Shown piece by piece: positions 11,891 through 23,857 of a DNA stretch of 64,000 nucleotides. Within the stretch, counting starts at the first letter, position 1. Each line of letters begins with the position of its first letter. A program made the translations under genes and the position numbers. Where the stretch lies: the NCBI RefSeq assembly GCF_036365525.1, contig NC_090404.1, positions 11,126,550-11,190,549 on the forward strand, written 5' to 3'. Below the pieces are notes generated by a model. The model was not told the DNA's origin. It worked only from the letters and a program-made list of their open reading frames with translations, and ran no database searches. This stretch comes from Heterodontus francisci (Eukaryota).

Positions 11891-13139
11891 CTAAGGAACA
11901 AATAAAAGGGCAATCACACTGCTGGGAGTCTACTATAGACCCCCAAACAGTCAGAGGGAGATAGAAGAGCAGATATGTGGGCAAATCTCTGAGAAGTGCA
12001 AGAACAATAGGGCAGAAATAGTGCGGAATTTTAATTACCCCAATATTAACCGGAACAGTTCTGGTGTGAAAGGAATTGAGGGAGCAGAATTCTTGAGGTG
12101 CATTCAGGAGAACTTTTTTGTCCAGTTTGTAGCAAGTCCAACAAGAGAGGGCACAGTTTTAGACTTAGTTTTAGGAAATGAAGATGGGCAGATGGAAGGA
12201 GTGGCAGTGGGAGAGCATTTTGGTTGTCGTGATCATAATTCAGTCAGTTTTAACATAATTATGGAAAATGACAGAGATAGAACAAAAGTTAGAGTAGTCA
12301 ATTGGGGCAAGGCCAATTTTACTACAGCGAGGAATGATTCAGCGAAAGTGGACTGGAAGCGGCTACTTGAAGGTAAATCAGTGTCAGAACAGTGGGAGGC
12401 ATTCAAAGGAGAGATTCAAGGGGTTCAGAGTAAACATGTTCCCACAAAGAAAAAGGGTGGGACGGCCAGATCTAGACCCCCATAGATGTCAAGGAGTAAG
12501 GTAAAGTAGAAAAGGAAAGCTTATGTCCAACACCGAGAACTCAATACCGAAAGTATAGAAAGTGGAAGGCCGAAATCAAAAAGGATATTAGGAAAGCAAA
12601 GAGAGGGCACGAAAGAATATTGGCAAGAAAAATCAAGGAGAAACAACGATGTTTTATCAATACATTAAGAATAAGAGGATAACTAAGGAGAGAGTGGGGC
12701 CCATAATAGACCAAAAAGGTAACCTATGTGTAAGGGTGGAAGATGTTGGTATTGTTCTTGATGGATACTTTGCATCTGTCTGCGCAAAAGAGGGGGACGA
12801 TGCAGATATTGTAGTTAAGGAAGAGAAATGTGAAGTATTGGATGCGATAAACAGAGGGAGAGAGGAAGTAAGAAGGGAACAAGCATTTTTGAACGTTGTT
12901 AAATCGCCAGGTCCAGATGAAATCTACCCTAGGCTGTTAAAAGAAGCAATTGAGGCAATAGCAGAAGGTCTGACCATCAGTCCCACTGGGTACCGGTGTG
13001 GTCCGGAGGATTGGAGAACTGCTAACCGTGTACCTCCGTTTTAAAAGGGGGTGCAGGATAGATGAATAGTTACAGGCCAGTCAGTCTAACCTCAGTAGTG
13101 GGCAAATTATTGGAATCTATTCTGAGAGACAGGATGAAC

Positions 13140-13362
13140 CGGGTGCTCCGGTTTCCTCCCACAGCCAAAAGACTTGCAGGTTGATAGGTAAATTGGCCAT
13201 TATAAATTGCCCCTAGTATAGGTAGGTGGTAGGGAAATATAGGGACAGGTGGGGATGTGGTAGGAATATGGGATTAGTGCAGGATTAGGATAAATGGGTG
13301 GTTGTTGGTCGGCACAGACTCGGTGGGCCGAAGGGCCTGTTTCAGTGCTGTATCTCTAAATC
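13140..13362 (+). mobile_element. HE1-like V-SINE fragment nested in a CR1
   Basis: Matches the 3' two-thirds of the SINE at 26372. Confidence 0.85.
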
Positions 13363-15337
13363 TTAAAAAGGCATAGGTTAATCAAGGATAGTCAGCATGG
13401 AATTGTTAAGGGAAGATTTTGTTTGACCAACCTGATCGAAATTTTTGAAGATGTAACAGGGAAGATAAATGAAGGAGTGCAGTTGATGTGGTCTACCTGG
13501 ATTTTAGCAAGGCCTTTTACAAAGTCTCACATGGCAGAATGGTTAAAAAATTAAAATCCCATGGGATCCAGGGAAATTCAGCAAGGTGGATTCAAAATTG
13601 GCTCTGTGGCAGGAAAGAAAGCGTAATTGTTAACGTGTGTTTTAGCGACTGGAGGACTGTTGCCAGTGGCGTTCTGCAGTGCTCAGTACTGGGTCCCCTG
13701 CTTTTTGTATATATTAACGATTTGGACGTAAATGTAGGGGGCATGATCAAGAAGTGTGCAGGCGGCACAAAGATTGTCTGTGTGGTAGATAACGAGGAGG
13801 ACAGCCGTAGGCCGCAGGAAGATATTGATGGTCTGGTCAAATGGCAGAAAAATGGCAAATGTAATTCAACCTGGAGAAGTGTGAGGTGATGCATTTGGGG
13901 AGGTCAAACCAGGCAAAGGAATACATGATAAATGGGAAAATACTAAGAAGTGTAGAGGAAGTAAGGGACCTTTGAGTGAATGTCACAGATCCCTGAAGGT
14001 AGCAGGACAGGTTGATAAGGTGGTTAAGAAGGCATATGAGATCCTTTCCTTTATTAGCCGAGGTGGAGAATATAAGAGCAGGGAGGTTAAGCTGGGACTG
14101 TATAACTCATTGGTTAGGCCACAACGTGAGTACTGTGTGCAGTTCTGGTCACCTCATTACAGAAAGGATGTAATTGCACTAGAGAGGATACAAAGGAGAT
14201 TTACAAGGATGTTGCCAGAACTGGAACAATGCAGCTATGAGGAAATATTGGATAGACTGGGATTGTTCTCCTTGGAACAGAGAAGGCTGAGGTTAAATTT
14301 GATTGAGATGCACAGAATTGTGAGGGGCCTGGATAGAGTGAAGGTGAAAGGTCTATTCACCTTAGCAGAGAGATCAGTGACGAGGGGGCATAGATTTAAA
14401 GTGATTGGTAGAAAAAATGGACGGGAGATGTGGAAACCCTTTTTCACCCAGAGTGGGGTGGGGATATGAAACTCACTATCTGGAAGGGTAGTTGAGGCAG
14501 AGACCCTCAGCTCATTCAAAAGGAGTCTGGATATGCACCTCAAGTGCTTTAATCAGCAGGGCTACGGACCAACAGCTGGAAGGTGGGATTAGAATAGGTG
14601 GATCGCTTTTCGGCCAGCACAGACACAATGGGCCAAGTGGCCTCTTTCTGTGCCTTAAACTTTCAATGATTCTATGATTCGTTGCACTCCCTCTATGGCA
14701 ATAATATCCTTTCTCAGGTAACGGGCCCAAAACTGCACACAGTACTCCAAGTGCGGTCTAAACAAAGGTCTATACACTTGAAGCAAGACTTCACTCCTCC
14801 CGTACTCAAATCCTCTTGCGATAAAGGCTAACATACCATTAGCCTTCCGAATTTCTTGCTGCACCTGCGTGTTAGCTTTCAGTGACTTATTGACAAGAAC
14901 AATATGTGGAAGCGTCTTTAACATTCAGAAGTGTTTAATCAAGTTACTTAAATTATTAGGATCTTTCCCACCAGGCGTGTTTCTGTCCACATTGTGGACT
15001 GGCAGAAACCAAACATTATTTGTTCATTTACAGTGAGTTATATCGGAAGTAGCGGTGCACGGATATAACTAGTTCCAGGTCACCTGCTGGAGTTTATATT
15101 CTCAATGTGAATGGCGAATTCCCAGGGATACACAAATAAACAGCAGACAATTCTGCCCTCACACAGTTAATGTGACAATCAGACTGAATCAGTGTTCGAT
15201 GTGAATGATTTTACATGGTGTTTATGTGGATTGTGCTCGGGTTCTGCCCGCACAGGAATGTATTCACGTGTCAGTGTGTGATCCGCTGTTATAAACAGCC
15301 CTCAGCAGACAGCAGCTGTGACCCAGAAACCTGCGGC

Positions 15338-16453
15338 AGTTTTTGCACGAGGCTGTAGCTCGTTCCCATCACTGTGAGACTCAGTGCACAGTAATAGACC
15401 GCTGTGTCAGACAGCCTCAGCTTCCAGATGGTCAATCGGTACAACTTGTCTGAATGCTGGACTGCATCAGAAAACCGATTTTGAGCGAAATCCGCCTTAC
15501 GTTCAGCACCGCCGCTCGTGTGCCTCCGAACTGCAAACTCGGGCTGTCTGCCTGGGTATTGGCGGTACCAGAATAAGTAATTACCATCGTCGGTATAGGT
15601 GCAGGTTAAAGTGACATCTTCTCCCTCTGTCCGTGTGCGAGAGGACTCCCGCTGAGTAACAGAATCTCCATCGCTCAGATCTGGAACACACGGTTAAAAA
15701 AACAGGAAATCACCGATTAAAACTTCAACTGAACCGAACTGACGGTGAAAATTCTCAGTCAGTGTTTCATAAAATTAAATAGAATTTGAAGCACAGTAAA
15801 GGTCATTCGGCCCAACTGGTCCATGCCAGGGTTCCCACTCCACACGAGCATCCTCCACCCTCTTCATCTCACTCTATCAGCATGTCCTTCCATCCCTTTC
15901 TCCCTCATCTGTTTATCTAGCGTCCCCTGAAATGCATTCATACTATCCACCTCAACCCCTCCTTGTGGTAACGAATTCCACATTCTCACCACTCTCTGGG
16001 TAAAGAAGTTTTCCCCCCCCCGAATTCCCTTCTCGATCTTATTGTAAATGTTATATTTATACATCTGGAATTCGACACAAGTACCAACATCGTCTCCACG
16101 TCTACGCTACCCAACTCCTGCACAATTTTCAAGACCTCTACCAGATTACCTTTCGGTCTCTGTTTGCTAGAGAAAGGAGCCTCAGCCTTTACAGTGGTTT
16201 CTGAGAGACTATCTCTCTATTCTAGTATCATTCTTGCAAATTGTTTTTTAAAATTTCTCCTGAACTCTTATCTTGTAGAAATATGAAGACCAGAACTGCT
16301 CACAATAACCCAAGTGTGGTCTAAACAAGGTTCGATACAAGTTTAATATTAACTCCCTGCTTTTCAATTCAAGTCTTCTGGAAATTAAACCTTTCAAAAT
16401 TACTTACCGATAATGAATGTCACCCAGACCACAGCGAGAACGGGGAGCCGCAT
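15338..16453 (-). CDS. TCR alpha/delta V gene, intact; leader 16453-16408, V exon 15680-15377, 23-RSS 15376-15338
   Basis: Leader MRLPVLAVVWVTFII with GTAAGT donor. V reads DSVTQRESSRTRTEGEDVTLTCTYTDDGNYLFWYRQYPGRQPEFAVRRHTSGGAERKADFAQNRFSDAVQHSDKLYRLTIWKLRLSDTAVYYCALS. RSS CACAGTG-23-GCAAAAACT. The intron contains a CR1 fragment. Missed by the ORF track. Confidence 0.93.
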
Positions 16454-16533
16454 TGCTGCTGCTCCGGAATTCGACGGACCTTTTGTGTCTCAGAAACCTG
16501 CAGAACATCGAACAGGAAAATCTGATGCTGGCC

Positions 16534-16548
16534 TGATGTCATTTCCTG
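16534..16548. promoter_or_regulatory. CRE-like TGATGTCA plus adjacent ETS-like TTCCTG in a V promoter
   Basis: About 80 nt upstream of the leader ATG and conserved in the paralog (59424-59438). TGATGTCA also occurs upstream of the intronless Vs (34717, 40711, 46711). CRE motifs are typical of TCR V promoters. Confidence 0.55.
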
Positions 16549-16709
16549 CAGGACATCAAATAGAAAAAGCTGAGAGGATTGGCTCTGACCAGTCTGTTGT
16601 CATTTCCTTAACTAGAAGTATGTATTTTTCGTTCAGAAAACTGAGACATTAACATCGAATTCTGATCATCAGAGACAAAGATTATTAAAAATAGTCACCT
16701 GGATCTCTT

Positions 16710-19075
16710 ATTAACCTGAGGGACAGTTTGGTCGCTAATTAACCTGAGACTCAGCTTGATCTCTAAATGACCTGAGAGACAGTTTGACCTCTAAATGACC
16801 TGATTGACAGTTTGATCTCTAATTGACCTGAGAGACAGTTTGATCTCTAATTGACCTGAAAGACAGCTTGAACTCTAATTGACCTGAGAGACAGTTTGAT
16901 CTCTAAATGACCTGATTGACAGTTTGACCTCTAAATGACCTGAGTGACAGTTTGATCTCTAAATGACCTGATTGACAGTTTGATCTCTAATTGACCTGAG
17001 AGACAGTTTGATCTTTAATTGACCTGAGAGACAGTTTGAACTTTAATTGACCTAAAGCCAGCTTGAACTCTAATTGACCTGAGAGACAGCTTGATCTTTA
17101 ATTGACCTGAGAGACAGTTTGAACTTTAATTGACCTAAAGACAGTTTGATCTCTAATTGACCTGAGAGACAGCTTGATCTCTAATTGACCTGAGAGACCG
17201 CTTGATCTCTAATTGACCTGAGAGACAGTTTGATCTTTAATTGATCTGAGGGACAGTTTGATTTCTAATTGACCTGAGAGACAGTTTGATCTTTAATTGA
17301 CCTGAAAGACAGCTTGATCTCTAATTGACCTGACAGACAGCTTGATCTCTAATTGACCTGAGAGACAGTTTGATCCCTAAATGACCTGAGAGACAGTTTG
17401 ATTTTTAATTGACCTGAAAGACAGCTTGATCTCTAATTGACCTGAGAGACAGTTTGATGTTTAATTGACCTGAGAGACAGTTTGAACTTTAATTGACCTA
17501 AAGACAGCTTGATCTCTAATTGACCTGAGAGACAGTCTGATCTCTAATTGACCTGAGAGACAGTTTGAACTTTAATTGACCTAAAGACAGCTTGATCTCT
17601 AATTGACCTGAGGGACAGCTTGATCTCTAATTGACCTGAGTGACAGCTTGGTCTCTAATTGACCCGGAAGATAGTTTGATTTCTAATTGTCCTGAGAGAC
17701 AGTTTGAACTTGAATTGACCTGAGATACAGGTTGATCTCTAATTGACCATGTGACAGCTTGATCTCTAATTGACCCGGGAGATAGTTTGATTTCTAATTG
17801 TCCTGAGAGACAGTTTGAACTTTAATTGACCCAGGAGACAGTTTTATCTCTAATTGACCTGAGAGACAGTTTGAACTTGAATTGACCTGAGAGACAGTTT
17901 GATCTCTAATTGACCCGGGAGACAGTTTTATCTCTAATTGACCTGAAAGACAGTTTGAACTTTATTTGACCCAAAGACAGCTTGATCTCTAATTGACCTG
18001 AGAGACAGTTTGATCTCTAAATGACCTGAGAGACAGTTTGATCTTTAATTGACCTGAAAGACAGTTAGATCTCTAATTGACCTGAGAGACAGTTTGATCT
18101 TTAATTGACCTGAGAGACAGTTTGAACTTTAATTGACCTAAAGACAGCTTGATCTCTAATTGACCTGAGAGACAGCTTGATCTCTAATTGACCCGGGAGA
18201 CAGTTTTATCTCTAATTGACCTGAGAGACAGTTTGAACTTTAATTGACCTAAAGACAGCTTGATCTCTAATTGACCTGAGAGACAGCTTGATCTCTAATT
18301 GACCTGAGTGACAGCTTGATCTCTAATTGACCGGGGAGACAGTTTGATTTCTAATTGTCCTGAGAGACAGTTTGAACTTGAATTGACCTGAGAGACAGTT
18401 TGGTCTCTAATTGACCCGGGAGACAGTTTTATCTCTAATTGACCTGAGAGACAGTTTGAATTTGAATTGACCTGAGAGACAGTTTGGTCTCTAATTGACC
18501 CGGGAGACAGTTTTATCTCTAATTGACCTGAAAGACAGTTTGAACTTTATTTGACCTAAAGACAGCTTGATCTCTAATTGACCTGTGAGACAGCTTGATC
18601 TCTAATTGACCCGGGAGATAGTTTTATCTTTAATTGACCTGAGAGACAGTTTGAACTTTAATTGACCTAAAGACAGCTTGATCTCTAATTGACCTGAGAG
18701 ACAGCTTGATCTCTAATTGACCCAGGAGACAGTTTTATCTTTAATTGACCTGAGAGACAGTTTGAACTTTAATTGACCTAAAGACAGCTTGATCTCTAAT
18801 TGACCTGAGTGACAGCTTGATCTCTAATTGACCCGGGAGACAGTTTGATTTCTAATTGTCCTAAGAGACAGTTTGAACTTGAATTGACCTGAGAGACAGT
18901 TTGATCTCTAATTGACCCAGAAGACAGTTTTATCTCTAATTGACCTGAGAGACAGTTTGAACTTTAATTGACCTAAAGACAGCTTGATCTCTAATTGACC
19001 TGAGTGACAGCCTGATCTCTAATTGACCTGAGAGACAGTTTGATCTTTAATTGATCTGTGAGGAAGTTTGATCTC
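16710..19075. repeat. Minisatellite, 27-28 bp unit (GACAGTTTGATCTCTAATTGACCTGAGA), roughly 85 copies
   Basis: Directly visible tandem array with recurring variant units. Confidence 0.97.
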
Positions 19076-19865
19076 CAGCCGATCTGTGCAACAGTTTGCT
19101 TTTTACTTGGCCTGTGGTAAATCGTCTCAAAGAAACAAAGACATACGTTGAATGGAGATGAAAATATTCAGTTTATTTCCATTGCTGTCGCTAAACACAC
19201 TGAGCTGGCTGACACGGGTTAGGAGATGGGGAGTGCGGAGGGAGTGCGGGCGCGGGCGTCAGCTTTCATTAACCTGTCGCGGGGGACACCCAGGGAAGGA
19301 TTTCCGCTTGTCTCTCTGTATTAGCGACATCCCAAACTGGATGGGAAATGTCATCTGCTGGCTAGATTAGTGGAAAACTTTCGCATCATTTTAGACTGTG
19401 TTCACCATGTCTGGAGCTATAGCGACCAGACGAAATCTACCCGACCGAGTGGATTGTTCAGTGTAAACTCCAATGATGCAGAAGAATGAAATTAATGCTG
19501 TCGGTGAGCCGTCATCAAACAGAAATCAACCAAACACTCAGAAAATAGACGGATTAGAGCCCTTTGAATATAATCCCAACCCCTAGCAAACTGCACATTT
19601 CTGTGCTGGTTTAAGTAGCGTGAAACAGAAAAATAATACATCGGCATTGAAGTGGAACCTGAACTGGAACACACACTATACACAGTCAGTTGGCCTATTA
19701 AACCTGCGCGGGTTTCTCCTGTTCATCCCTCATTATCGAATGAGTGAAATCTAAAATCTGTATTCAGTGCTGTTGGGACCTGTCCTGCGGGAATATTCTA
19801 TCCGAGTAGTATTTGTCCTATTCAGACATTCACAGGGCGGGTAGCCCGGACACACATTGCTTTAT

Positions 19866-20196
19866 TTACAGAGCACAGTAATACACGGCGCTGTCTGACA
19901 GCTCCGCCCCACAAACGCTCAACTGAACCGTGCTCTCCTCTGTGTTCAGCTCGGCTGTAAAACGGTGCTTGGCGAAGTCGGCTGAGAACGTGCCTTATTT
20001 GTTGAGGGGCAACACGTTTCCCCGAGCCGGATGGGGAACCTGCCAGCACCAGAATAGATCAGCGACAGTGTCTGTTGCTGTAAAACTACAATTTGGCGTC
20101 AGTGTTTCTCCCTCCTGCACAATCTCTTCTTTTCGCTCCCACTCTATTTGTTGCAATCACTTGATCAGTGAGCAGTAGCAGTTTATACAGAGACAT
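19866..20196 (-). pseudogene. TCR V pseudogene
   Basis: EIVQEGETLTPNCSFTATDTVADLFWCWQ...NK*GTFSADFAKHRFTAELNTEESTVQLSVCGAELSDSAVYYCAL*: in-frame stops and no recognisable heptamer. A possible leader remnant (MSLYKLLLLT) lies directly upstream, out of frame. Confidence 0.8.
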
Positions 20197-20499
20197 CTAG
20201 AGATGGAACCATCGCCATTTCCGCTCCATCAGCTCCCAGTGCAGCTGAGCGGCGCCGCGCACTTTCCGCCCTTACACAGAGTTTTCAATTCACTCCATTT
20301 GTTTCTGCGGTGTCCCCGCCCACAGTTTCCGTTTGCTGTTCTCACTCTGACCCACCTTGCCTGCCCTGTGTTACTGGAGAGATTGCTGCTGCTGTTCCCT
20401 GTTTGGAATTGGTCGGATCAGTAGTGCAGTGGGGCAGGGGTCTGTATTTCTGCTCGGACAGAGCTCCCACACTGCGGAGTTACAGACTCAGGGAGCATC

Positions 20500-20545
20500 A
20501 TGCGGAACCGTCTCACACCGCGCATCATCATTATATCACTTCTCA
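20500..20545 (+). pseudogene. Orphan TCR V leader exon relic
   Basis: 46-nt ATG exon MRNRLTPRIIIISLL, homologous to the leader relics at 47985-48030 (+) and about 32160-32208 (-). The donor reads GGAAAT and no V exon follows. Confidence 0.5.
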
Positions 20546-21031
20546 GGAAATATTCTCAACTGGTACAGTCAGCAACCCCGGACTTCCGCCACAGATTGGA
20601 ACCTAAATCTCACGGCGTCATAGTTTAGAGGAGATTTCACTGTTCTGGAGGTTTTTCCTCTATGGTCTATTAAGTAGTTACTGAATGTAACCCCAACTTT
20701 CAGTTCAGTTCCAGCCAACTGGAGCGCCAGGTCTGATTGCGACTCTGACACAGAATGAGAACTAGTTTTATATTTGTTTCACTAAGATTGAAATTTAAGG
20801 TACCTATAAAATAAACCGAGATTGGAAGAGCAGTCCATTCAGACATCGTACAATGAAATTAACTTCAAGATTATTATATAAATAATAAACATTACTCCTG
20901 AGCTGCACTGTTAGTTGGACGGCTGTTGATTTGTCTGTTTTTACACTAACATTCTCCTGTGATAAATACTAACTCTCCGCCTTTCACCCCACACAGCCCG
21001 CTGCTCCATTCACCTTGTCACATTGAGGCAG

Positions 21032-21594
21032 TGTTTTTGTACGAGGCTGCCTCTGGTTCCTGTCACTGTGTCTTTCAGCCCGCAGTAATACATCGCGCTG
21101 TCAGACAGCCTCAGGTCGTGGATGGTGAAATTCCCCTCACTTTTCGACTTGTCGAGAGATGCTGAAAATCGATCCCCCACCCCCTTTGCTTTGAAAACAT
21201 CTCCGTAGTTAGGGATGTAGATGAGGAATTTGGGGGCTTTATCCCGGTCCTGACGGTACAGTTGTAAGGAATAGGAAGTAGCAGTGGTCGAATAGCTGTA
21301 ATTAATGGTCAGCGAGTCTCCTTCAAACTGCATCGCTATAACCGGCCCCTGTGAGACCGAGTCTGCACCACTAACACCTGCAGAAATTTAGAAATACAGA
21401 ACTTTAAGCTTCTATTATCATTTTATTATAACTAATATAAATGCGACAGAATCGTTGCAAATAGAGAAAAACAACAATTAAAAGGTAGATTTTCTATGTC
21501 AGTGACACCTTCAAAGGGAAAAGGAAAGCTTGTAAACTTTACCAGTTAAGAGAGCTGCAGCTGTGAGGAATGAATACAAGGTAACAACTAACAT
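21032..21594 (-). pseudogene. TCR V, open frame but lacking Cys23 and Trp41; leader 21594-21543, V exon 21377-21071, 23-RSS 21070-21032
   Basis: Leader MLVVTLYSFLTAAALLT. V reads DSVSQGPVIAMQFEGDSLTINYSYSTTATSYSLQLYRQ...SDSAMYYCGLK (INY in place of INC, LYRQ in place of WYRQ). RSS CACAGTG-23-ACAAAAACA and splice sites are intact. Confidence 0.85.
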
Positions 21595-22009
21595 ATTTGC
21601 AGAGAGTTGATGGCGGATTTGAACAGAACGGGTTGAACTTGTAACTGTCGAAGTCAGAGCTGGGAAGATGTTGAGTAATATCCGGTCTTTCTACCGATTG
21701 GTTCATTCCTGACAGAGTGAACAGGTCACATCCAATTAGCTCAAAGCTCCTTGGCTCTCCAATTAATCCAATTAGCTCAAAGCTTCTTTGTTCTCTGATT
21801 CATCCAATCATTTCACAGATCCGTTGTGCGCCAATTCTTAACGCCAGAGCAAGGAGCAGGAAACAGAGTAAAATTGTTCTGCTTACAACAGAGAACTGGA
21901 CGGAGATCAAATCTAATGTTAGCCCTTTAACAGGGTCAGTCGGTGAGATGCGTCCCAGTCTGTGGACCAACTACTCATGTCTTCGAACTAACCCTATCCT
22001 TACCTAGCC

Positions 22010-23385
22010 ATACACACACACAAACTCACACAGTTTGACTGTCACTTTCTGTCTATGTCTCAGTCTGTGTGTTTGTGTGTGTGTGTGTGTCTGTCTGTCT
22101 CTCTCACATACACACACGGTTTTGATGTCTCTTTCTGTCTATGTCTCAGTCTGTCTGTCCGTCTCTCTCTCTCGCTCTCTCTCTCTCTCACACGCACGTA
22201 CACACACACACACTCACATATACACACAGGCAGTTGGTCTGTCTCTTTCCATCCGCCTCAGTCTGTCTGTCTTAGTGCCTATTTGTCTCTCTCTCCCCTT
22301 TCTATGTGTTTGTGTGTGTCTGGCTCTCTCTCTCTCTCTCACTCTCTGCGTCTCTGTCTCGGTGTCAATCAATCTGCTTAACTTGGTCTCTGTTTATTTT
22401 TGTCTCTGTTTGCTTGTCCCTTTATCTGTCTGTCTGTCTATTTCACTCGCTGTCTCGGTCTCAATCACTTTGTTAAACTTGGCGTCTGTCTCCATCTCTC
22501 TTCGTCTCCCTCCTTCTTTTCTTTTTTTTTAACTCAGTCGAACGCTGTCTGTTTAACTCGCTATCTTTCTCGCCCCCTCTGTCTGTCTGTCTGTCTCTAT
22601 CTCTGTCTCGCTCTCACTCACTTTGTTTAAGTTGGCGTCTTTCTCCATCTCTCTTCGTCTCCCTCCTTCCTGTGTCTTTTTAAACTCAGTCTCACTCTAC
22701 CGTTTAATTCACTATCTTTCTCGATCCTATCTCTCTCTCTCGCTTTCTCTCTGTGTGTTTGTATGTGTGTGTCACTCTCTCTTTCTGCGTCTCTGTCTCG
22801 GTGTCAATCAATCTGCTTAACTCGGTCTCTATATCTTTGTCTCTGTTTGCGTGTCCCTTTGTCTGTCTGTCTGTCTCTCTCTCTGTCTCGGTCTCACTCA
22901 CTTGTATAACTTGGCGTCTTTCTCCATCTCCCTTCGTCTGCCTCTTTAAACTCAATCTCATTCTATCCGTTTAATTCACTATTTTTCTCGATCCTCTGTC
23001 TTTCACTCGCTGTCTCTCTCTCTCTCTCGCTTTCTCTGTGTGTGTTTGTGTGCGTGTGTGTGTCTGTCTGTCTCTCTCTCTGCGTCTCTGTCTCGGTGTC
23101 AATCAATCTGCTTAACTCTGCCTCTGTATATCTTTGTTTGCTTGTCCCTTTGTCTGTCTGTCTGTCTGTCTCTGTCTCTGTCCCTCTCTCTCTCTCTCCC
23201 TCTCTCTCTGTCTCTGTCTCGGTCTCACTCACTTGTTTAACTTGGCGTCTTTCTCCATCTCTCTCTCCGTCTCCCTCCTTCCTGTCTCCTTTTCAACTGA
23301 ACCTCACTCTGTCTGTTTAATTCGCTATCTTTCTCGCCTCCCTCTGTCTCTCTGTTTGTCTCTCTGTCTCTCTCTCTCTCTCAGT
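22010..23385. repeat. CT/GT-rich compound microsatellite with a larger degenerate unit of about 150-440 bp
   Basis: (CT)n/(GT)n/(CTGT)n tracts; the block CTCTGTCTCGGTGTCAATCAATCTGCTTAACT recurs near 22353, 22792 and 23085. Confidence 0.9.
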
Positions 23386-23857
23386 GACATGAGCAGCAGA
23401 AAATTATCGAAATCAGTCTCAATCCCTTTCATCACTGGCCAATGATGTTCATTACCGTTCATAGCCTGAAGATTATGAGGGACATGATGTAGTGAACATC
23501 ACTGTGTCCTGGTGGGACAGTTTTTAAAAATGTGCCCTGATAGAACTGGTTACAGTCAAGATTTTACTTGCAGAAAATGATTCTATTAGTCATCCTAGAA
23601 ATCTGCATGTCCGAGCTGACACTGAGTGTGAAAATGTCTGAATTTGACCCTGACGTAAAATGGTTGAGAAATATCACTTATCCCAGCACTGACAGCAATG
23701 GCATCGCCTGGAGAAACCCGATCGGATCAGGGTGCATATTCTCTCTCATTTTCTGTACAAACTCTCGGGGAGTAAATGCCTTGTATTTATTTGAAGGACC
23801 GCACGGCGCCCTCCTCCCCCACATTCCCATCACCAACCTAGATGCCGAGCAGTACCT

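Larger units (their letters stand above)
10373..14677 (+). mobile_element. Long decayed CR1 LINE (5' UTR-like region, endonuclease, RT, TTCTATGA tail)
   Basis: NFNYPNI, LDLVLGN, YLDFSKAF and SVLGPLLF motifs with frameshifts; flanked by TTCGT direct repeats. Confidence 0.88.
9885..14900 (-). mobile_element. CR1 3' fragment (9885-10372 plus 14678-14900) split by a nested insertion
   Basis: GLSYEGRLGKLGL..RRMRGNLIETY C-terminus; the two halves rejoin as GTGAACCTTCGT|TGCACTCCCTCTATGG, like the unsplit copy near 63390. Confidence 0.85.

Noticed and set aside
15377-15680. 15.4-kb V as the NAR-TCR supporting V
   Set aside because: It lies upstream of the cassette, has its own leader and promoter, and has no CDR1 Cys.
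16710-19075. CRISPR-like regular 28-bp repeats
   Set aside because: Units are head-to-tail with no unique spacers, there are no cas genes, and the context is vertebrate; it is a minisatellite.
20546-20600. NWYSQQP resembling the V FR2 motif WYRQQP
   Set aside because: It falls in the intron position right after a leader relic, with no Cys motifs or RSS; probably chance.
22035-23445. Many overlapping ORFs rich in S/L/C/V or E/R/T
   Set aside because: They are translations of CT/GT microsatellites.
23500-23530. CACTGTG followed about 12 nt later by AGTTTTTAA
   Set aside because: The nonamer is on the wrong side for a valid RSS; no D or J sequence.
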